Below are positions 59,009 to 64,000 of a stretch of 64,000 nt of DNA, piece after piece; position 1 is the first letter of the stretch, and every line of letters begins with the position of its first letter. The stretch comes from Desulfatiglandales bacterium (GTDB taxonomy: Bacteria; Desulfobacterota; DSM-4660; Desulfatiglandales; Desulfatiglandaceae). The notes beneath the pieces were generated by a model. That model was not told the origin of the DNA. It did not search any database and saw only the letters and a list, made by a program, of their open reading frames with translations. The DNA lies in the NCBI GenBank assembly GCA_963666345.1, contig OY762721.1, forward strand, positions 1,056,001 through 1,120,000. The letters run 5' to 3'. The translations under genes and the position numbers were made by a program.

Positions 59009-59806
59009 CTAGCTATTTTCATCCCCATCCAGGGTGAACCTCCAGGAGCAGTACCACTCTTCAGGATGATGATCGGGAGGACAGCCTATGCATTCGGTCT
59101 TTATTCTGGGATCAATTGCAGTGGCAAAATATGGATATTCCACCACTCCAACCGACTTACAGGGATAATCCTCAAGCCCCTTCCTCTTTCTTGCTGTCTG
59201 GACCCTGCATTCATTCATTCGAAACACAAAGCTGTTGGGGCCCTCATCTGTTATGGACTGTTTATTTATCGAGGCATACATCCTGAAATTGAGGGCCCTT
59301 TTAAGCCCCTTAAGTCCCGCCTTTTCAGGAAGACCGAGGAATCTCCTGATTGACCATGCCTCAAAAGGAGAATACCTCACCCAGCATGAATCATTGCATC
59401 TTTTGGCATCAAACATGCCTCTGGCAAATTCCACTGACTGGAACCAGACACCGTCATTTGCGAGCCAGTTCTTTGCCACATCGCCCATGAGGTCTTTCAG
59501 TGCCTCTTTGGTCATGTTTAAAAGGGGTTCAGGCACTCCCTCCTTCATCTCAAATCCAAGCGCCTTTCCGAGCCTTTTCATCTGGATATCATAGCTTTTC
59601 CCGCTCGCCACCTCCATGATTTCAAGTGCCTTTTTCATGCCCATCTGGTGTTCGACCTCAAGAAACCACAGCCCGTGATGAACCGCGATCCTGTGAAACA
59701 TATCCACTATGAAGCGCGCCATTTGTTCCCGGCTCAGGTCCTCTGTTCGGCAAATTGATTCTTCCATTCCAGTATCTGAATTCCCCCTTCCTGTTTCGAT
59801 TTTCAT
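59009..59806 (-). CDS. DUF6125-like Cys-rich protein with an internal duplication
   Basis: Two HGLWF..VE / DGVWF..VE units; ECRVQ, YPC, CIGCPP and WYC.W motifs. Confidence 0.65.
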   Translation of the reverse strand: MKIETGRGNSDTGMEESICRTEDLSREQMARFIVDMFHRIAVHHGLWFLEVEHQMGMKKALEIMEVASGKSYDIQMKRLGKALGFEMKEGVPEPLLNMTKEALKDLMGDVAKNWLANDGVWFQSVEFARGMFDAKRCNDSCWVRYSPFEAWSIRRFLGLPEKAGLKGLKRALNFRMYASINKQSITDEGPNSFVFRMNECRVQTARKRKGLEDYPCKSVGVVEYPYFATAIDPRIKTECIGCPPDHHPEEWYCSWRFTLDGDENS

Positions 59807-60555
59807 TCGTCCGCTTTACTGCCTTTTTTTACATGATCGGCATACCAGTTTATCTGGCGGCATATGCCCCTTATTACCCTTACCTCCCTTGCCCTCAGCT
59901 GCATCCTGGAAAGAAACCTTCTGATGCTGAGCATCCAGTGTTCAGGATTCTGCGGGTTCAAAAAGCCTATCTTCATCAAGACCTCTTTGAGGTGATCATA
60001 CATCCCCTCCAGCTCAAACCGATTCGCCAGACGCGGCACTGAATCCACGGGTGATTCCTGTTTGGCCAGAAATATCTCGTATGACACTATCATTACGGCC
60101 TGCGCAAGGTTGAGGGATGAAAACTCGGCTGTGGGCACATTGAGTATGGTGTCACAGAACTTAAGATGCTCGTTGGAAAGGCCTCTGTCCTCCGGTCCGA
60201 AGATTACGCATACCTTATTTTGCTGAGAGATGGAGACGAGCCTTTCCGCGATTCTGCGGGGCTGGGTCATGGCAGGGCGCCCAGACCCGATACGTGCTGT
60301 CGTGCCTATGGTATATTGAAATGGACGAAGGGCCTCTCTGAGATCTTCCGACACGGACATCTGTTCGATGATGTCGACCGAGGAGCCGGTAGCCGTCTTC
60401 AGCACCCTGCTTAAATCGCAATTCTTAGGCTCAACAAGCATCAGCCGGCTCAGCCCCATATTGTGCATTGCACGGGCCGCCGATCCGATGTTCTCCGGGA
60501 TCTGAGGCCGGACAAGTATTATACCCACATTTTCAAGATTGACCCTGGTTCTCAT
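59803..60555 (-). CDS. trmJ: tRNA/rRNA methyltransferase, TrmH family (TrmJ/LasT)
   Basis: ENIGSAARAM.NMG, FGPEDRGL and SLNLAQAV motifs. Confidence 0.88.
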   Translation of the reverse strand: MRTRVNLENVGIILVRPQIPENIGSAARAMHNMGLSRLMLVEPKNCDLSRVLKTATGSSVDIIEQMSVSEDLREALRPFQYTIGTTARIGSGRPAMTQPRRIAERLVSISQQNKVCVIFGPEDRGLSNEHLKFCDTILNVPTAEFSSLNLAQAVMIVSYEIFLAKQESPVDSVPRLANRFELEGMYDHLKEVLMKIGFLNPQNPEHWMLSIRRFLSRMQLRAREVRVIRGICRQINWYADHVKKGSKADE

Positions 60556-60769
60556 CCTTCAATATCTTAAGAATCTCCGCCATTAGTTCTTCGCTGTCAA
60601 AGGAAAAGGCAACCGTACCGCAATGGACCTCAAAAAAAATCAGATCACAGTCATGGTCCCCTGCGACTTCCTCCAAAAGCATCCTGAAGGTTACTGCCTC
60701 CGGGTGTTCAGGGCCGTCCACATCGGCTGGAAACAGATCGACCTCTATGAATCCTGAAGGCTCTTCCAT
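60533..60769 (-). CDS. Small acidic hypothetical protein
   Basis: 78 aa between panB and trmJ, co-oriented, overlapping the trmJ start. Confidence 0.55.
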   Translation of the reverse strand: MEEPSGFIEVDLFPADVDGPEHPEAVTFRMLLEEVAGDHDCDLIFFEVHCGTVAFSFDSEELMAEILKILKDENQGQS

Positions 60770-60812
60770 TTCTCATGCACCCTGGTTTTTTCTACCTTTA
60801 ACGCCTGAAGGA

Positions 60813-61643
60813 TCAGAGATCATCCGCCTCCTCCTGTTTCATCTTGAAGGTATGCTCCGGCCCCGGAAAGGCCCCGCTTTCAACCTCTTCTCTATATTGG
60901 ACAAGGGCATCTTTTATAAGGGGGGCAAGATTCATATACTGTTTCACAAACCGCGGCGTAAATCTTTCAAAGAGCCCGACAAGGTCATGATACACCAGCA
61001 CCTGCCCGTCACAGCCTTTTCCCGCACCGATGCCTATTGTCGGAATGGAAAGGGTTGAGGTTATCTTCTCCGCCACCAGATCAGGGATACATTCCATTAC
61101 GATCATGAACGCCCCGGCCTTTTCCAGATCCCTTGCGGAATCGATAAGTTCCTTTGCGCTCTCCGCGTCTTTTCCCTGCACCTTGAAGCCGCTCAGTTTG
61201 GTGGCGGTCTGGGGTGTCAGCCCGATATGGGCGCAGACAGGGATACCTGCACTGACTATCGCCTTAACGACCGGGGCCATTTCACTTCCCCCCTCCAGTT
61301 TGACGCAATCGCACCCCGCCTCCTTTATAAAGCGACCCGCGTTTTCAACCGCCTTTGAAATGCTTACCTGATAAGACATAAAAGGCATGTCTCCGATTAC
61401 AAAGGCCCTCTTTGCCCCCCTGCATACCGCTTTGCAGTGGTGCAGCATCTCTTCCATCGTAACAGGCACCGTGGAATCATAACCGAGAACGACCATAGCC
61501 AAAGAATCACCTACCAGGATAGTATCCATGCCTGACTGGTCCACGATGTTTGCAGTGGGATAATCATAAGCGGTCATCATGGTAATCTTCTTTGCCTGAG
61601 CCTTTTTCTCGTGCAGTTCCGATATGGTAACCTTTTTCTCCAT
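60813..61643 (-). CDS. panB: 3-methyl-2-oxobutanoate hydroxymethyltransferase
   Basis: TAYDY, LVGDSL, GDMPF, KLEGG, HIGLTPQ and IGIGAG..CDGQVLV motifs. Confidence 0.97.
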   Translation of the reverse strand: MEKKVTISELHEKKAQAKKITMMTAYDYPTANIVDQSGMDTILVGDSLAMVVLGYDSTVPVTMEEMLHHCKAVCRGAKRAFVIGDMPFMSYQVSISKAVENAGRFIKEAGCDCVKLEGGSEMAPVVKAIVSAGIPVCAHIGLTPQTATKLSGFKVQGKDAESAKELIDSARDLEKAGAFMIVMECIPDLVAEKITSTLSIPTIGIGAGKGCDGQVLVYHDLVGLFERFTPRFVKQYMNLAPLIKDALVQYREEVESGAFPGPEHTFKMKQEEADDL

Positions 61644-61979
61644 AATTTCCTCCTAACTAAAAGGCTGATAATCTCCATATATTTCAGCTAAAAGAATTAT
61701 TCCAATGCCATGCGCGTTGTCAACCAGAATAAATATGAGCGATGCCCATCAAGCCAAGTCCTTTTACTGATTCGCCCTTTCAGAAGCCCGCCGCGGTAAA
61801 TGAAAACAATAATGCCTCTACGCTGCGGCAGAAGATCCATTTTCTGGTTGAATAGCACCCTTTTCTGTGTATAATAATTGACAAATTCGGCCTACCGCCG
61901 CTACCGTACGACACCAGGACATCCTAACCGACAGGGATGCGGCATTTCTCCTATTACCTAAAGCCTCTGGGAGGTATAA

Positions 61980-63062
61980 ATGGCACAGATAGATGCTTTT
62001 TTCAAACTCATGAATGAACAGGGCGCCTCGGATCTTCATCTTGTAGCCGGGCAGCAGCCGGTCCTTAGGATACGCGGAGAGATGGAGAGGGTCAAATACA
62101 AGGAGCTTGAGACCGACGATTTAAGATCAATGCTCTATGAGATCGCGCCCGAGGAAAAGGTCAAGGTCTTTGAAGAAACGGGCGACGTGGATTTCGCCTA
62201 TGAGATACCTGGTCTTGCAAGATATCGCGCCAATTTTTTCATGCAGAAAAACGGCGTGGGTGCCGTATTTAGAGAAATCCCGTCAGAAATACTCACATGC
62301 GAGCAGCTGGGGCTTCCTTCCGTGATAAGAAGGCTTGCGACTCTTCCAAGAGGTCTGGTCCTGGTTACAGGGCCTACCGGAAGCGGAAAGTCAACCACGC
62401 TTGCCGCCATAATCGACGAGGCGAACAAGGTCAGGAAGGATCATATAATCACCATAGAAGACCCTATCGAATTCGTGCACAAAAGCGACAAGGCGGTAAT
62501 AAATCACAGGGAGGTGGGCCTTCACACAAAGACATTCTCGGCCGCTCTCAGGGGGGCGCTCAGGGAGGACCCCGACATAATACTGGTGGGAGAGATGAGG
62601 GATCTTGAGACCATCTCACTGGCAATAGAGGCATCCTCGACAGGCCACCTCGTATTCGGAACTCTCCATACCACAAGTGCCGCCAAGACGGTTGACAGGA
62701 CGATAGAGGTGTTTCCCACCAACCAGCAGGAACAGATCAGAAACACGCTTGCAGACGGCATAAGGGCGGTGGTGGCGCAGAATCTTTTCAAAAGAGTGGA
62801 CAGAAGAGGAAGGGTCGCAGCACTCGAGATCATGATAGCCACGCCGGCGGTAAGGAATCTTATCCGTGAAGGAAAGACCTTCCAGATCCCTTCCATGATA
62901 CAGACAGGGAAAAAATACGGGATGCAGACACTTGATGACGCCATAATGGGTCTTCTTCAAAAAAAGATCATCAGTCCTGATGAAGCTTATGCCAAGGCGG
63001 TTGAAAAAGCCAAATTCGTGGGCTTTCTCAAAAACCCGCCCGCGGATTTTACCGAAGCATAA
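61980..63062 (+). CDS. pilT: Type IV pilus retraction ATPase
   Basis: ASDLHL, GPTGSGKST, TIEDPIE, GEMRD, TGHLVFGTLHT and AVRNLIRE motifs. Confidence 0.95.
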   Translation: MAQIDAFFKLMNEQGASDLHLVAGQQPVLRIRGEMERVKYKELETDDLRSMLYEIAPEEKVKVFEETGDVDFAYEIPGLARYRANFFMQKNGVGAVFREIPSEILTCEQLGLPSVIRRLATLPRGLVLVTGPTGSGKSTTLAAIIDEANKVRKDHIITIEDPIEFVHKSDKAVINHREVGLHTKTFSAALRGALREDPDIILVGEMRDLETISLAIEASSTGHLVFGTLHTTSAAKTVDRTIEVFPTNQQEQIRNTLADGIRAVVAQNLFKRVDRRGRVAALEIMIATPAVRNLIREGKTFQIPSMIQTGKKYGMQTLDDAIMGLLQKKIISPDEAYAKAVEKAKFVGFLKNPPADFTEA

Positions 63063-63080
63063 ACAAGTGGAGAACATGAG

Positions 63081-64000
63081 ATGAGACGTCAACAGATAGA
63101 TTACATACTCACCAGTATGTTGGAATCCCATGACAACGTTTCGGATCTCAACATGACGGCGGATAAACCTTTCCAGGTAGAATCCTCCGGCGAATTGATG
63201 CCGGTTGAGCTCAACCCCCCCATAAGCCGCATAACCCCCTTTCAGGCCGAGATGTTCGCCCTCAATATAATAAACGGTGACAGACGCCTCACAAGGACAC
63301 TGTTGACCGAAGGGTCCTGCGATACGTCCTATCAACTCGCAGGAAAGGCCCGCTTCAGGGTCAATATTTTTTCACAGAAAGGAAATTATTCGGTTGTCAT
63401 GCGACAACTTGCAACAAGGGTTCCCACCATCCAGGAACTGGGTCTTCCCGCCGCATTCAATAAAATGACCGGAGAAAAGAACGGAATCATCCTTGTAACA
63501 GGGGCGACAGGCAGCGGAAAATCCACCTCGCTCGCCGCCTTTCTGGACCAGATAAACGAGACCAGATCCGTTCATGTGGTTACCCTGGAAGACCCTGTGG
63601 AATATGTACATTCACAGAAAAAGGCCACCTTTAACCAGAGGGAGCTGGGCATGGATTTCGAATCCTTTGCCCTGGGGCTGAGGGCAGCCCTCAGACAGGC
63701 GCCGAAGGTCATCCTGGTCGGGGAAATGAGAGACAGGGAAACGGTGGAGATAGGACTTTCAGCCGCGGAAACAGGCCACCTTGTTCTCGCCACACTCCAC
63801 ACGGTTGATTCAGGTCAGACAGTAAACAGGATAGTCGGCATGTTTGACACGGAGGAGGAAAAACAGATCAGGATCAGGCTTGCCGATACGGTCAGATGGA
63901 TCGTCTGCCAGAGGCTTCTTCCAAAGGTGGGAGGAGGACGGGTGGCGGCCTTTGAGATAATGGGCTCCAACTTGAGGGTCAAGGACTCCATCCTCAACGG
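63081..64000 (+). CDS. Second PilT/PilU-family ATPase (partial, runs off window)
   Basis: Manual translation MRRQQIDYILTSMLESHDNVSDLN...GATGSGKST...TLEDPVE...GEMRD...TGHLVLATLHT; no stop before the edge. Confidence 0.9.
   Translation, partial: MRRQQIDYILTSMLESHDNVSDLNMTADKPFQVESSGELMPVELNPPISRITPFQAEMFALNIINGDRRLTRTLLTEGSCDTSYQLAGKARFRVNIFSQKGNYSVVMRQLATRVPTIQELGLPAAFNKMTGEKNGIILVTGATGSGKSTSLAAFLDQINETRSVHVVTLEDPVEYVHSQKKATFNQRELGMDFESFALGLRAALRQAPKVILVGEMRDRETVEIGLSAAETGHLVLATLHTVDSGQTVNRIVGMFDTEEEKQIRIRLADTVRWIVCQRLLPKVGGGRVAAFEIMGSNLRVKDSILN

Noticed and set aside
61876..61979. Cyclic dinucleotide (GEMM) riboswitch upstream of pilT
   Set aside because: Only a short hairpin is present; the conserved GEMM-I elements were not found.
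1..64000. CRISPR array, IS/transposase, integrase, prophage, tRNA or rRNA
   Set aside because: No regularly spaced repeats, mobile-element genes or RNA gene signatures were seen, and the duplications have no flanking mobile elements.

Overview
Chromosomal window from an anaerobic bacterium, most likely Desulfobacterota (deltaproteobacterial). This is inferred from the gene content and the EF-G type. There are no rRNA, tRNA, CRISPR, prophage or transposase genes. Five functional blocks are present. (1) 1-23.3 kb: a corrinoid (B12) methyl-transfer island with three TRAP transporters, two URO-D-fold methyltransferases, a duplicated URO-D/corrinoid fusion, a duplicated corrinoid protein, a MetH-activation-domain-like protein, a hidden methyltransferase pseudogene, and a sigma54 two-component system whose promoter elements are visible. 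(2) 25.3-42.5 kb, the best candidate for an undescribed system: a sigma54 operon encoding an 11-heme cytochrome c/NarI-like membrane protein, a GlcD-type FAD oxidoreductase, two CCG-domain (HdrD-like) Fe-S proteins flanking a GcvH/LbpA-like lipoyl carrier, and a dedicated Lpl-LipT-LipS1-LipS2 lipoylation set. The adjacent lactate-type TRAP operon shares an upstream activator motif at identical spacing. (3) 42.8-48.4 kb: a B12 acyl-CoA mutase operon (mutase, PaaK-like CoA ligase, SDR) with an unusual active-site signature, next to a FadR-type regulator. (4) 48.4-58 kb: a stand-alone EF-G operon and a fadN-fadA-fadE-like beta-oxidation operon. (5) 58-64 kb: cupin, DUF6125-like protein, trmJ, panB and pilT/pilU. 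Family assignments come from motif recognition only; no database search was run.
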